From: Caedimonas varicaedens
Lineage (GTDB): Bacteria > Pseudomonadota > Alphaproteobacteria > Caedimonadales > Caedimonadaceae
Length of the DNA stretch: 32,000 nt
Assembly (NCBI GenBank): GCA_001192655.1
Contig: BBVC01000016.1
Span: 15,149-47,148 of the forward strand
Direction: 5' to 3'
Part shown: positions 19,030-29,370 of the stretch, piece after piece
Numbering within the stretch: position 1 is the stretch's first letter
Layout of the letters: each line of letters begins with the position of its first letter
The notes under the pieces: model-generated
What the model was told of the DNA's origin: nothing
What the model saw: only the letters and a program-made list of their open reading frames with translations
Database searches by the model: none
Translations under genes and position numbers: made by a program

Positions 19030-19992
19030 TCATTCCTTTAACGTTACTTCTTGCGCACTACCTTTCCCAGGGTAAGGTTTTGTGTTGGCGTGCAAGCCTG
19101 TTTCATCATCGATATAAGAAAAACCGTTGATAAGCAGAATTCTCGGCTCCCCCGATTCATTCGAGCAGCTTCCATGCACGAAGTAAGGATGCATCCAAAT
19201 AGTGTCGCCAGGATTTAGATTAAGAGGAAGAGCTTTATCAAGGTGAGCTTTTTCTTTTAAGATTGCAAAGTCTTTAATGTTTTCAAGATAAAGATCTCCT
19301 GACATCCCGGGTACTCCCCAGAGTCCCCCGTTACTTTCATCAGCCTTTGTTAAAGCAGTAATGGCCACAACATAACTCCCTTTTCCATTATTGGTCCACT
19401 TCTCCCAGTCAGGGTCAAAGTGCTTTCTATTTTTCACATCTTGATGCCAATCAAATTTGAGTTCAGAATCTATTTTAGAATGGATAGAGTTAATGATCCA
19501 GTCTGCCTTGTTGCAACCCAGTAATTGAGAAACCGACTTAAAAAATTTCCTTGACCCCTCGAGAAGGGGAGGTTCTAATCCACCTGCCCAAATAAATCGG
19601 TGAATAGACATATTACCATCAGTTGTCTTCCCAATCACAATACGAGTTGATGTATTGCCATTATTTTCACTGATATCAAAATGATAGCCTACGCTTCCCA
19701 TAACATTAACAACCTGAAAAGGGGTGCCGTCCTGGAGAAAGCATTCATCTGGTTGGGTAGGAAAATAATCTTGATCCTGAAGTTTTTTGAATAATATTTT
19801 TGCTCTCTCAACTAAAGCATCAATACATTTTGCACTGTTCTCAATTTCTTGAGACTCAAATACATTTCTACGAATAACATAGCCTTCTTGAAAAAAAAGA
19901 TTTATTTCTTTTTCAGTCAGAGGATCGAGCTTTTTCTCAGAAAAAGCATACAAAATGTCTGTTTCTTGCTCAACAACCAACATAGAACGCAT
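19030..19992 (-). CDS. PhyH-family Fe(II)/2-oxoglutarate-dependent oxygenase, substrate unknown
   Basis: 320 aa. N-terminal LTEKEINLFFQEGYV, facial triad H183-Q-D185 (FDWHQD) and H273 (FVHGSCSNESGEPR, with Arg284 for 2OG). GAGAGGA lies upstream of the ATG. Confidence 0.7.
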   Translation of the reverse strand: MRSMLVVEQETDILYAFSEKKLDPLTEKEINLFFQEGYVIRRNVFESQEIENSAKCIDALVERAKILFKKLQDQDYFPTQPDECFLQDGTPFQVVNVMGSVGYHFDISENNGNTSTRIVIGKTTDGNMSIHRFIWAGGLEPPLLEGSRKFFKSVSQLLGCNKADWIINSIHSKIDSELKFDWHQDVKNRKHFDPDWEKWTNNGKGSYVVAITALTKADESNGGLWGVPGMSGDLYLENIKDFAILKEKAHLDKALPLNLNPGDTIWMHPYFVHGSCSNESGEPRILLINGFSYIDDETGLHANTKPYPGKGSAQEVTLKE

Positions 19993-20220
19993 AAAGTATA
20001 AATCCTCTCTTTTTTATAAATTTGTTTAAAATTATCCTGTTGAATTCTGTAACCTTATTAATTCTTTCCTCACTTATTTCACCATTCTCAATGCCTCTTT
20101 TTAAGGTAAAGTTATGATCTTTCATCTCATAATAAACAATTATAAGAAAAATCCTTTTTTAAATAAAGCTTAATAAGAGACTTTATTTAAACAATTTCTC
20201 ACTGACTCACTAGAAGAATT

Positions 20221-20418
20221 TTAATACACAGCTAATCCATTCAGGTGACCATATAAGCGTCCATTCAGAATCTCCAAGAGTTTATGCATACAAGCTGACA
20301 ACCTTTGCCCGCTTCCTTTATTTCCAAGAGATTGATAAAATTGCTTTATAGAATGATTACATCGAAGCGCTGTGAGGGTTTCCATATAAAGATTGATTCT
20401 ATGATATAAGCTTGTCAT
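20221..20418 (-). pseudogene. relic of an IS110-family transposase (C-terminal ~60 residues only)
   Basis: RINLYMETLTALRCNHSIKQFYQSLGNKGSGQRLSACMHKLLEILNGRL matches the conserved IS110/IS116/IS902 C-terminus (R..LYMAA..A.R.NP....FY..L...GK.....A.MRKLL.ILN). A stop lies immediately upstream, and no catalytic N-domain is present. Confidence 0.55.
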
Positions 20419-20475
20419 TTAAGTGACCGCAAAGCAGAAGGATTAATGAAAGAAAGCGCTTCCTGAAAATTCTGA

Positions 20476-20518
20476 AAGCGCAGAGATCAGAAAAATTTCT
20501 CTTCTAATCTCTGCGCTT
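20476..20518 (-). terminator. candidate intrinsic terminator of hppA
   Basis: A perfect 12-bp stem, AAGCGCAGAGAT (20476..20487) with ATCTCTGCGCTT (20507..20518), starts 7 nt after the hppA stop. On the minus strand it is followed by TCAGAATTTTC. The 19-nt loop is large and the T tract short. Confidence 0.45.
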
Positions 20519-20524
20519 CAAATA

Positions 20525-22606
20525 TCAATGATTATGAGCCAACATCGCCAGCAACAGCAACGCCACGATATTAATGATCTTGATCATGGGGTTGATGGCA
20601 GGTCCTGCCGTATCCTTGTAAGGATCTCCGACCGTATCTCCCGTCACAGCCGCCTTATGGGCTTCTGAGCCTTTCCCGCCAAAATGACCATCTTCAATAT
20701 ACTTTTTGGCATTGTCCCAGGCACCACCGCCCGATGTCATGGAAATCGCCACAAAAAGACCCGTGACAATGGTTCCCAATAACATAGCCCCCAAAGCCGT
20801 AAAGGCCGCCGTCTCATTGGCAATCAATCGAATGGAATACCAAAGAACCACAGGCGCTAAAACAGGCAAAAGCGAAGGCAAGATCATCTCTTTGATAGCT
20901 GTCTTCGTCAAAAGGTCAACAGCGGTTCCATAATCAGGTTTTGCCTTTCCTTCCATAATACCCTTGATCTCACGGAATTGCCGGCGCACTTCAACCACAA
21001 CCTGTCCCCCCGCACGCCCCACAGCCATCATTCCCATAGCTCCAAAAAGATAAGGGATCAGACCCCCCACAAATAACCCGACAACAACAAAAGGGTCGCT
21101 CAGATGAAATTGAATAGAAAGGTCAGGAAAATAATGCTTGAGATCTTCGGTATAGGCTGCAAACAAAACAAGAGACGCCAATGCCGCTGAACCTATAGCA
21201 TATCCTTTTGTAACGGCTTTTGTTGTATTTCCTACGGCATCCAGAGCATCTGTGATCTTGCGGACATCTGCGGGAAGTTCAGCCATTTCCGCAATTCCCC
21301 CTGCATTATCCGTGATAGGGCCATAAGCGTCCAGGGCTACGATTATTCCTGCCAATGCCAACATGGAAGTCGCCGCAATGGCAATTCCATAAAGACCTGC
21401 ATTCATGTGCGCCACAAGGATTCCCGCACAAATCACCAGAACAGGCAAGGCACACGCTTCCATAGAAACGGCTAACCCCTGGATAATATTCGTGGCATGT
21501 CCTGTCTGTGAAGCGGATGCAATACTTTGAACAGGGTGATAGCGCGTGGACGTATAATATTCTGTAATCCACACAAGCAAACCGGTGACAGACAGCCCCG
21601 TCAGCGCACAAATCAGAAGCTTCACTCCAGTTACAACTGTTCCCCCCATGTCAATCTCTTCGTGAAAACCAATCAGTTGCGACGTCACTGCAACAATCAA
21701 GCCTGCAGAAATGATCGAACAGACAATCAACCCCTTGTAAAGAGCTTTCATAATGTTTTGATCGCTGCCCAGCTTCACAGCAAAAGTCCCGATAATAGAG
21801 CCAATGATGCACACTCCCCCGATCAGAAGAGGATAAAGGACAAAGGTATCCATCAATTCAGGCGGACTAAAGATCGTTGCAAGAAGCATTGTTGCGACAA
21901 TCGTAATCACATAGGTTTCAAAAAGGTCGGCGGCCATTCCAGCACAATCACCCACATTATCTCCCACATTATCAGCAATAACCGCTGGATTGCGAGGATC
22001 ATCCTCAGGAATGCCGGCTTCGATCTTGCCTACAAGATCTGCACCCACATCAGCGCCCTTGGTAAAAATTCCGCCGCCCAATCGTGCAAAGATAGAAATA
22101 AGAGAAGCCCCAAAACTTAAAGCAACAAGCGCCTCAAGTAGGCTTCTTTGATCGATATCCATCTGTTTGAGATACATGTAGTAACTGGTCACACCCATCA
22201 GTCCCAGCCCAACGACCAACATACCGGTGATGGCGCCACCCTTGAAAGCGATATCCAGAGCATAATGAATGCCGGAGCGCGCCGCTTCGGCTGTTCTCAC
22301 ATTTGCCCTGACAGAAACATTCATCCCGATATAACCTGCCAAACCTGAAAGAATAGCGCCAAAGATAAACCCTATGCCTACATGCCGTCCCAAAATCCAG
22401 GTCAAAAAGGAAGCCACAAGAATGCCAACAATACCAATCGCCTGATATTGACGGTTAAGATATGCTTTTGCGCCCACTTGAATGGCTTCGGCAATTTCAA
22501 TCATGCGGGGATTTCCCATTGACGATGCAAAAACTTGTCTTCCAGCATAAATTCCGTACAGCAATGCCAGAGAAGCGCATATTAATACAAAGCTCGTAAG
22601 TTCCAT
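20525..22606 (-). CDS. hppA: membrane-bound proton-translocating pyrophosphatase, K+-independent type
   Basis: 693 aa. It has the [30 protein letters not shown] and [10 protein letters not shown] motifs. GNTTKA (Lys rather than Ala) marks the K+-independent subfamily. Confidence 0.95.
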   Translation of the reverse strand: MELTSFVLICASLALLYGIYAGRQVFASSMGNPRMIEIAEAIQVGAKAYLNRQYQAIGIVGILVASFLTWILGRHVGIGFIFGAILSGLAGYIGMNVSVRANVRTAEAARSGIHYALDIAFKGGAITGMLVVGLGLMGVTSYYMYLKQMDIDQRSLLEALVALSFGASLISIFARLGGGIFTKGADVGADLVGKIEAGIPEDDPRNPAVIADNVGDNVGDCAGMAADLFETYVITIVATMLLATIFSPPELMDTFVLYPLLIGGVCIIGSIIGTFAVKLGSDQNIMKALYKGLIVCSIISAGLIVAVTSQLIGFHEEIDMGGTVVTGVKLLICALTGLSVTGLLVWITEYYTSTRYHPVQSIASASQTGHATNIIQGLAVSMEACALPVLVICAGILVAHMNAGLYGIAIAATSMLALAGIIVALDAYGPITDNAGGIAEMAELPADVRKITDALDAVGNTTKAVTKGYAIGSAALASLVLFAAYTEDLKHYFPDLSIQFHLSDPFVVVGLFVGGLIPYLFGAMGMMAVGRAGGQVVVEVRRQFREIKGIMEGKAKPDYGTAVDLLTKTAIKEMILPSLLPVLAPVVLWYSIRLIANETAAFTALGAMLLGTIVTGLFVAISMTSGGGAWDNAKKYIEDGHFGGKGSEAHKAAVTGDTVGDPYKDTAGPAINPMIKIINIVALLLLAMLAHNH

Positions 22607-22900
22607 ATTTTTTCCCTAATTCTAGATTTATTTTTTTAAAGCCACACTCTCTTCCTCAAAAAGAAAGGAGAAGACAGCATGAAATTGACCTTGCCAGAAC
22701 AAGAAGAGAGTTGCAACAATCTATGATAAATTTTAACAAAATCCTGAAATTCCCCCGCGTACAAAAACACCCCCAATCATCCGATGCAACCCCTGTGATT
22801 CAGGGAATATCCTTCTTTCAAGATACTTGAATATCTTTCTTGACAAACGACAGGTCATAGCGCATAGATACACGATAATTTGGAATGGAGTTCTCTATAA

Positions 22901-23026
22901 TGAAAGTCGTTAATTCATTGAAATCTGTGAAGTTACGTCATAAAGCATGCCGCGTCATTCGTCGGAAAGGACGGAATTACGTCATTAACAAAATGAATCC
23001 CCGTTTTAAAGCTCGTCAAGGCTAAG
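22901..23026 (+). CDS. rpmJ: 50S ribosomal protein L36 (41-aa, non-zinc type)
   Basis: My own translation: [41 protein letters not shown]. It is too short for the ORF track. It matches the alphaproteobacterial/mitochondrial L36 pattern MKV.NSLKS.K.RH....[20 protein letters not shown]. Confidence 0.9.
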
Positions 23027-23046
23027 CATCAAGAGAGAAGATTTCT

Positions 23047-23442
23047 ATGGCACGTGTTACAGTTGAAGATTGTAGTCTTAAAATTCCCAATCGTTTTGAC
23101 CTGGTTATTTGTGCTGCTCAACGCACCCGCCAGATTTCAGCCGGCTCACCCCTGACTGTAGAAAGGGATAACGATAAAAATCCTGTCGTTGCGTTACGCG
23201 AAATTGCAGAAGGACACGTTGTTGCCGAAAATTTGATGGAAGCCACTGTCAATGGGTTTCGACGCCACGTAGAAGCCGAACCTCAGGAAGAAGAATTTGC
23301 GGAACTTTTCGCACAGGAAACCAATTCTTACTTCACTGATCAAACCGCAGAACTCGATGAAATGACCATAGAGGGCGAGGAAGAATTTGAAGTGGAAGAA
23401 GAATTCGCAAAAGAAGAAAATCCATCGCCTGAAGCAGAATAA
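23047..23442 (+). CDS. rpoZ: DNA-directed RNA polymerase subunit omega
   Basis: MARVTVEDC...NRFDLV..AAQR.RQI N-terminus followed by an acidic tail. Confidence 0.9.
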   Translation: MARVTVEDCSLKIPNRFDLVICAAQRTRQISAGSPLTVERDNDKNPVVALREIAEGHVVAENLMEATVNGFRRHVEAEPQEEEFAELFAQETNSYFTDQTAELDEMTIEGEEEFEVEEEFAKEENPSPEAE

Positions 23443-23581
23443 CCTGATACCATTACGGTTAAGATATATAGTTTTAAAATAGAATTTTCTTTTTAACCAC
23501 CTTCTGAGAAGGATATGTTTTGGTATCTTTATTCTCATTTATCTTTTGAGGGAGCACGTTGAAAAGTAGGTAAAATTTGCC

Positions 23582-25720
23582 ATGATTCGGCAGTTTGAAC
23601 TCGTTGAAAAAGTTAAATCATATGATCCTACCGCAGATGAGGAAGCTCTTAATCGCGCTTACGTTTTCTCAATGCGGGCTCATGGCGCACAAAAGCGTGC
23701 TTCTGGCGATCTTTATTTCTCACATCCTTTAGAAGTTGCCAACATATTGGCTGAGATGAAACTGGATGATGCGACCATTATCACAGCCCTGCTTCATGAT
23801 ACCGTCGAAGATACAACGGCAACTCTGGACGAAATTCGTAAGTTATTTGGCCATGAAATTGCAAACTTGGTCAACGGAGTAACGAAATTAACCCAACTTG
23901 AGCTGCAATCAAATTCCACAAAACAGGCAGAAAATTTTCGTAAACTTGTATTGGCCATGTCAAATGATCTGCGCGTTTTATTGATAAAACTTGCAGACCG
24001 CGTTCATAATATGCGCACCCTCAGCTATTTTACTTCGGAAGAAAAGAGAAAGAGAATCGCCCGTGAAACTCTTGAGATTTATGCGCCGCTTGCAGAACGC
24101 ATTGGTATCCATCACTTTAAGGATGAATTGGATGACCTTGCTTTTAAAGAACTTAATAATGATGCCCGCGAATCAATTCTAACGAGACTTCACTATCTTG
24201 AACAAGAAGGCGGACGCAATATTGTTGAGAACATTATCACAGAGCTTGGAGAGCTTTTTAAAGAAAATAACCTGAGCGTTAACATTGCAGGACGCGTCAA
24301 GTCTCCTTATTCCATTTGGAATAAAATGCGTCGCAAAAATGTTGCTTTCGAGCAACTTTCAGACATTATGGCCTTCCGTCTTCTTGTGGATAATGTTGCT
24401 GAATGTTATCAAGCGCTGGGCATTATTCATAATGCCTATCCTGTCGTGCCAGGACGATTCAAAGATTTTATCTCAACACCCAAGCCCAATAATTATCAAT
24501 CTCTTCACACCAGCGTTATTGGTCCCCATAAACAACGTATTGAGATCCAAATTCGCACTTATGGAATGCACCAGATTGCAGAATACGGAGTTGCCGCTCA
24601 CTGGCAATATAAAGAAGGCGTCAAAAGCAGTAAAATGGATTATCCTTGGCTTAAAAGCTTGCTGGAGATTTTGGAACATGCTTCAGGACCCGAAGAATTC
24701 CTTGAACATACTAAGCTGGAAATGTTTCAGGATCAGGTATTTTGCTTTACGCCTGCGGGCGAGTTGATCCCCCTGCCCAGAGGTGCTACACCCATTGATT
24801 TTGCCTATGCCATTCACTCTGAAGTTGGGAATCACTGTGTTGGCGTTAAAATTAATGGGCGCATGGCACCCCTCAGAACACCTCTCCATAATGGCGATCA
24901 AATTGAAATTACAACATCCAAATCACAGACGCCTTCGCCCAGCTGGGAACGTTTTGTTGGTACAGGAAAGGCGCGCGCGAATATCCGCAAATTTATCCGC
25001 ACCCAACAGCGATCACAGTTTATTGATTTAGGTCGTTCAATCCTGCATAAATCGTTTCTCCACGAAAAGCTGGAATTTTCAGAAAAGAGTTTGGAGCGTA
25101 TTTTTGAAAAATATAAAATACATTCGGCAGAGGATGTTTATGCGCTTGTTGGAGAAGGACAAATCACAAGTTATGAAGTTATTCGTAACCTTTATCCCGA
25201 CTTTCAAACCAAGGAAATACCTTTTACGCCTGAAACAATGCGCCTCTCCAAGAAACCACGAGACAAGGAATCTGCGGTCTCGATCAAGGGGCTTATTCCT
25301 GGAATGGCGATCCATTACGCGCGTTGCTGTCATCCACTTCCCGGCGATCAAATCATTGGGATCGTTATGACTGGCACAGGTGTAACAATCCATACCATCA
25401 ATTGCGATAATTTGAAAAATTATGCTGAAGAACCGGAACGTTGGATCGACGTCACATGGGATCAGACTGAATCGCAAAACGTTCACACTGGACGGCTTTT
25501 AATTACAGTTGCCAACAAAACAAATGCTCTAGCAACAATTACAACAATCATAAGCAAGCAGAATGCCAATATTATTAATCTGAAGATTGCTCACAGATCC
25601 GAGCTACTTTCAGAATTCATTATTGATATCGAAGTTCATGACACCGAGCATCTGGAAAACCTCATCGCCAATCTGCGTATGAATTCAGTCGTCAATGCCG
25701 TTGAACGCAGCCGTGGATAA
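23582..25720 (+). CDS. spoT: bifunctional (p)ppGpp synthetase/hydrolase (RSH: SpoT/Rel)
   Basis: 712 aa. HD hydrolase motifs (HPLEVA, LLHDTVEDT), synthetase motifs (GRVKSPYSIWNKM, DIMAFR, YQSLHTSV, EIQIRT), and TGS and ACT regions. Confidence 0.9.
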   Translation: MIRQFELVEKVKSYDPTADEEALNRAYVFSMRAHGAQKRASGDLYFSHPLEVANILAEMKLDDATIITALLHDTVEDTTATLDEIRKLFGHEIANLVNGVTKLTQLELQSNSTKQAENFRKLVLAMSNDLRVLLIKLADRVHNMRTLSYFTSEEKRKRIARETLEIYAPLAERIGIHHFKDELDDLAFKELNNDARESILTRLHYLEQEGGRNIVENIITELGELFKENNLSVNIAGRVKSPYSIWNKMRRKNVAFEQLSDIMAFRLLVDNVAECYQALGIIHNAYPVVPGRFKDFISTPKPNNYQSLHTSVIGPHKQRIEIQIRTYGMHQIAEYGVAAHWQYKEGVKSSKMDYPWLKSLLEILEHASGPEEFLEHTKLEMFQDQVFCFTPAGELIPLPRGATPIDFAYAIHSEVGNHCVGVKINGRMAPLRTPLHNGDQIEITTSKSQTPSPSWERFVGTGKARANIRKFIRTQQRSQFIDLGRSILHKSFLHEKLEFSEKSLERIFEKYKIHSAEDVYALVGEGQITSYEVIRNLYPDFQTKEIPFTPETMRLSKKPRDKESAVSIKGLIPGMAIHYARCCHPLPGDQIIGIVMTGTGVTIHTINCDNLKNYAEEPERWIDVTWDQTESQNVHTGRLLITVANKTNALATITTIISKQNANIINLKIAHRSELLSEFIIDIEVHDTEHLENLIANLRMNSVVNAVERSRG

Positions 25721-25859
25721 TGGAAAGTCTGCTTTATATTTTGAGTGAAAGCTGCTCTAAAGCAGAACATGGTCGTGCAAAAAACGTATATTGATGACGC
25801 TGCTTTAATAAAAAATTTTCAATTTGCTTCTTTTCATTATCTCCTTCATAGATCAACCC

Positions 25860-26777
25860 ATGATGAAATTAGAACGTTTTTCTCCTCATGGCTGGCTGAT
25901 TATTGATAAACCGCTTCACATGACTTCAGCGCGCGCTGTTGCTCTTGTCAAAAGAAAACTTGGCCAGATCAAAATAGGGCATGCCGGAACTCTTGATCCC
26001 CTAGCCACAGGTGTTTTGCCTCTTGCCCTGGGCGAAGCAACCAAAACAGTGTCTTATGTCATGACAGAAAAAAAACGATACCGTTTTGAGGTCACATGGG
26101 GAGAAGAGCGCACAACAGACGATACAGAAGGACAGGTACTGGTAACATCTGCCCAGCGCCCTTCAAAAAAAGAAATCCTTGCCGTTCTTTCTGATTTTCA
26201 GGGAGAAATTCTACAAGCTCCCCCTCTTTACTCTGCCCTTAAGATTAAGGGGGAACGGGCCTGTGACCTGATGCGACGTCATGAAAATGTCAGCCTGATG
26301 GCACGCCCTGTTCATATTTTCTCTCTTGAACTAAAAGAAATCGTCTCATCTGATCGTGCTATTTTTGACGTTGAATGTGGAAAGGGCACCTATGTCCGCG
26401 CAATTGCACGAGATATGGGAAAAAAGCTGGGATGTTACGCCTATGCCAGCGCCATTGATCGCCTTTCCGTCGGCCGTTTTGAAAAAAATCAGGCGCTTTC
26501 TCTGGAAAAGCTTGCATCTTTAGATGAAAACGTCATATTAAGGAAGTATGTAAGGAAAATTCCAGACGTGCTGGACGACATCCCGGCTGTCCGTGTCTCT
26601 GAAATGCAGGCAACGCGTTTAAGACAAGGACAAGGAATTATTCCTGAACCGCTTGATGGCTTGGGCAAAGAACATCAGGGGCATCTTTTCCTGTCCCTTG
26701 ATCCTTCACAGAAACCTGTGGCATTTGTTCGATATCATGAAAATGAACTTTGGCCTGAACGCGTGTTTAATATTTAA
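25860..26777 (+). CDS. truB: tRNA pseudouridine(55) synthase
   Basis: [11 protein letters not shown] and catalytic [26 protein letters not shown] 25860 is preferred over the TTG at 25824 used by the ORF track. Confidence 0.9.
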   Translation: MMKLERFSPHGWLIIDKPLHMTSARAVALVKRKLGQIKIGHAGTLDPLATGVLPLALGEATKTVSYVMTEKKRYRFEVTWGEERTTDDTEGQVLVTSAQRPSKKEILAVLSDFQGEILQAPPLYSALKIKGERACDLMRRHENVSLMARPVHIFSLELKEIVSSDRAIFDVECGKGTYVRAIARDMGKKLGCYAYASAIDRLSVGRFEKNQALSLEKLASLDENVILRKYVRKIPDVLDDIPAVRVSEMQATRLRQGQGIIPEPLDGLGKEHQGHLFLSLDPSQKPVAFVRYHENELWPERVFNI

Positions 26778-26802
26778 TTTTAGATTGAGAAAGGAAACGA
26801 CG

Positions 26803-27072
26803 ATGTCGATTACGCCAGAACGTAAACAGGAAGTTATCAAAGAATATGCAACAAAAGGCGATGATACCGGATCTCCTGAGGTACAAATCGCCATTCTCAC
26901 TGAACGCATCAGGAATCTTACTGAACACCTGAGTGGTCATATGAAGGACCATCATTCTCGCCGCGGGCTTTTGATTTTAGTGAATCGGCGCCGTAAATTG
27001 CTGGATTACTTAAAGAAAACAACTTTTGCCCGTTATGAAACGATTATCAAACGCCTGGAGTTGCGTCGCTAG
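26803..27072 (+). CDS. rpsO: 30S ribosomal protein S15
   Basis: [65 protein letters not shown]. The start is at 26803, within the longer ORF 26653..27072. Confidence 0.95.
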   Translation: MSITPERKQEVIKEYATKGDDTGSPEVQIAILTERIRNLTEHLSGHMKDHHSRRGLLILVNRRRKLLDYLKKTTFARYETIIKRLELRR

Positions 27073-27131
27073 ATTTCCGAGCGCAAGGTATAAAGGCAGT
27101 TCATCAATTATGAAAGGATTCCAGTCTTACA

Positions 27132-29237
27132 ATGTTTAATATTTCGAAAAAAGAAATTAACTGGGGAGGGCGGACTTTAACGCTTGAAACTGGTCGTATT
27201 GCGCGTCAGGCGGATGGAGCTGTCCTTGCAACTTACGGAGAAACAAGCGTCTTGTGTACGGTTGTTGCTCAAAAAATACCCAGGACCGGAATCGATTTCT
27301 TGCCACTGACTATTCATTTCCAAGAGAAATCATTCGCCGCTGGAAAAATTCCCGGGGGTTACTTTAAACGGGAAGGCAAGCCTTCTGAAAAAGAAGTTTT
27401 AACATCCCGTTTGATTGATCGTCCTATTCGTCCTCTTTTTCCCCATGGATTTCATAACGAAGTTCAGGTTGTTTGTACGTTACTAAGCCATGACCTGGAA
27501 AATGATCCTGATATTGTCGCGATCATAGGTGCCTCTGCCGCAATTTCCCTTTCAGGCGTTCCTTTTGAAGCGCCTCTTGCTGCTGCCCGCGTTGGCTTTA
27601 AGGATGGTGAATATCTTCTTAACCCAACTTTTGGCAATCTTGCTTCTTCCCAACTTGATCTGGTCGTCGCAGGAACGGTAGATGGTGTCCTGATGGTGGA
27701 ATCTGAAGCGCAAGAGCTGTCTGAAGAAACTATGCTTGGGGCCGTTATGTTTGGTTATCAAAGTTTTCAACCTGTTATCAAGATGATCAAAGATCTGGTG
27801 AAGGACGCTGGCAAATCTGCCTGGGATATAGAAGACAAATCGGCAGAAGAGAAAAAACTTTACGCCAAAGTAAAAAAGAAAGCCGAAAAAGAATTGCGTG
27901 CAGCCTATGCTCTGACACAAAAGGCTGAAAGACATACAACCATTGATAAGGTCAAGGCATCTGTTCTTGAGGCTTTGGTGGATGAAGAAACATCTGAATC
28001 CCAAGTCCAAAATCAATTGAAGGCGCTTGAGCAAGAAATCGTACGGGGCGACATTTTATCGACGGGTTATCGTATTGATGGCCGCGATACCAAAACAATT
28101 CGTCCTATTATGTGCGAAGCCGGATTCCTGCCACGCACACATGGAAGCGCTCTTTTTACGCGAGGAGAAACACAGGCGATTGTGGTTGCCACGCTGGGAA
28201 CAGCACAGGATGAACAAATCATCGATGCGCTGAGCGGTGAAGGACGAGAGCGTTTCATGTTGCATTATAACTTCCCTCCTTATTCAGTTGGAGAGGTCGG
28301 TCGTCTTGCTTCTCCTGGACGTCGCGAAATCGGACATGGAAAGCTTGCCTGGCGCGCTTTACATCCCCTGATGCCCTCGAAAGATAAATTCCCTTATACG
28401 GTTCGTATTGTTTCTGAAATTACAGAGTCAAATGGTTCTTCTTCCATGGCAACCGTTTGTGGTTCTTCTCTTTGTATGATGGATGCGGGGATTCCTCTTG
28501 AACGTCCGGTTGCGGGTATTGCCATGGGGCTTATCAAGGAAGGCAATAAAGTAGCGATTCTGTCTGATATATTGGGAGATGAAGATCATCTGGGCGATAT
28601 GGACTTTAAGGTCGCTGGAACCGATCAGGGCGTCACAGCTTTACAGATGGATCTTAAAATTACCAGCATTACAGAAGAAATTATGAAACAGGCTTTGACA
28701 CAGGCTCGTGATGGTCGTTTCCACATCCTTGGAGAAATGGCTAAATCCCTGAATCAATCACGGGCAACAGTCAGCGAAAATGCTCCTCGGATCGTTTCTA
28801 TCCAAATTGCCAAAGAAAAGATTCGTGAACTTATTGGTCCTGGCGGCAAGGTCATTCGAGAAATTTGTGAGACCACCGGAACTAAAATAGATATTTCTGA
28901 AGATGGGAAAGTTGATATTTCGGGAATGAGCCAGGCCGCTATTGACGCAGCGCTTGAAAGAGTCAGAATGGTCGCTGCTGAACCTGAGATTGGTCAGATC
29001 TATAAAGGGACTGTCGCTAAAATTATGGACTTTGGTGCTTTTGTAAACTATATGGGTGAAAGATCCGGTCTCGTTCATATTTCCCAATTGGCCGCTGAGC
29101 GCGTTGGAAAAGTAGAAGATGTCGTGAAAGTAGGCGATACTGTTTATATCAAGTTTATTGGATTTGATGATCGGGGAAAAGCCAAACTTAGCATGAAAAT
29201 GGTCGATCAAAACTCTGGTCAGGAAATTCAGAGTTAG
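27132..29237 (+). CDS. pnp: polyribonucleotide nucleotidyltransferase (PNPase)
   Basis: 701 aa with two RNase PH domains, a KH domain ([10 protein letters not shown]) and an S1 domain ([18 protein letters not shown]). Confidence 0.95.
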   Translation: MFNISKKEINWGGRTLTLETGRIARQADGAVLATYGETSVLCTVVAQKIPRTGIDFLPLTIHFQEKSFAAGKIPGGYFKREGKPSEKEVLTSRLIDRPIRPLFPHGFHNEVQVVCTLLSHDLENDPDIVAIIGASAAISLSGVPFEAPLAAARVGFKDGEYLLNPTFGNLASSQLDLVVAGTVDGVLMVESEAQELSEETMLGAVMFGYQSFQPVIKMIKDLVKDAGKSAWDIEDKSAEEKKLYAKVKKKAEKELRAAYALTQKAERHTTIDKVKASVLEALVDEETSESQVQNQLKALEQEIVRGDILSTGYRIDGRDTKTIRPIMCEAGFLPRTHGSALFTRGETQAIVVATLGTAQDEQIIDALSGEGRERFMLHYNFPPYSVGEVGRLASPGRREIGHGKLAWRALHPLMPSKDKFPYTVRIVSEITESNGSSSMATVCGSSLCMMDAGIPLERPVAGIAMGLIKEGNKVAILSDILGDEDHLGDMDFKVAGTDQGVTALQMDLKITSITEEIMKQALTQARDGRFHILGEMAKSLNQSRATVSENAPRIVSIQIAKEKIRELIGPGGKVIREICETTGTKIDISEDGKVDISGMSQAAIDAALERVRMVAAEPEIGQIYKGTVAKIMDFGAFVNYMGERSGLVHISQLAAERVGKVEDVVKVGDTVYIKFIGFDDRGKAKLSMKMVDQNSGQEIQS

Positions 29238-29275
29238 GATTATCAAGAATGGGCCACATTTAAGAAAAGAAAATA

Positions 29276-29301
29276 GAGGAGAAAAGAAGTAATTTCTCCT
29301 T
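29276..29301 (+). terminator. weak hairpin downstream of pnp
   Basis: GAGGAGAAA (29276..29284) pairs with TTTCTCCTT (29293..29301), including one G:U, around an 8-nt loop. No clear T tract follows. Confidence 0.3.
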
Positions 29302-29370
29302 TCTGACGATCTTCAGATGACAGCCCTGGATAACCTTGCTATAACACATGCTAAGATAAATTGAGGAGAT

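Noticed and set aside
18906-19130. 74-codon ORF whose N-terminus (FVLISLLVSAC/QYD) resembles a lipoprotein signal with a lipobox.
   Set aside because: It starts at a GTG with no nearby SD, lacks a positively charged n-region, and its last ~100 nt overlap the 3' end of the PhyH gene on the opposite strand. It is probably chance, or at most a decayed remnant.
19970-20125. 51-codon minus-strand ORF (MKDHNFTLKRGIENGEISEERINKVTEFNRIILNKFIKKRGFILYAFYVGC) just upstream of and overlapping the PhyH start. I considered it as a possible precursor peptide for the oxygenase.
   Set aside because: It has no Shine-Dalgarno sequence, sits in very AT-rich sequence, and overlaps the PhyH ORF by 23 nt in another frame. 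There are no accompanying RiPP maturation or export genes. It is not supportable from sequence alone.
21527-22120. Long antisense or nested ORFs in the track. Examples are 21527..22120 and 21306..21611 in hppA, 27552..28034 and 28758..29246 in pnp, 29473..29946 in the NMO gene, 4262..4702, 25079..25486, 17300..17617 and 18387..18839.
   Set aside because: Each lies fully inside or opposite a gene with unmistakable family motifs. Their translations are low-complexity or Cys/Arg/His-rich, as expected for wrong-frame reads. None has a start context suggesting real expression.
22840-22871. Perfect TTGACA (22840..22845) upstream of rpmJ, with TAGATA about 20 nt downstream.
   Set aside because: The spacer is 19-20 nt, too long for a standard sigma70 promoter. 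I left it unannotated.
25720-25794. 24-codon ORF (MESLLYILSESCSKAEHGRAKNVY) starting in a TAATG overlap with the spoT stop, plus a TCTGCTTTA/TAAAGCAGA inverted repeat.
   Set aside because: There is no SD or recognisable family. The hairpin lacks a T tract and has a 21-nt loop. It may be an RNA processing or termination element, but the evidence is too thin.
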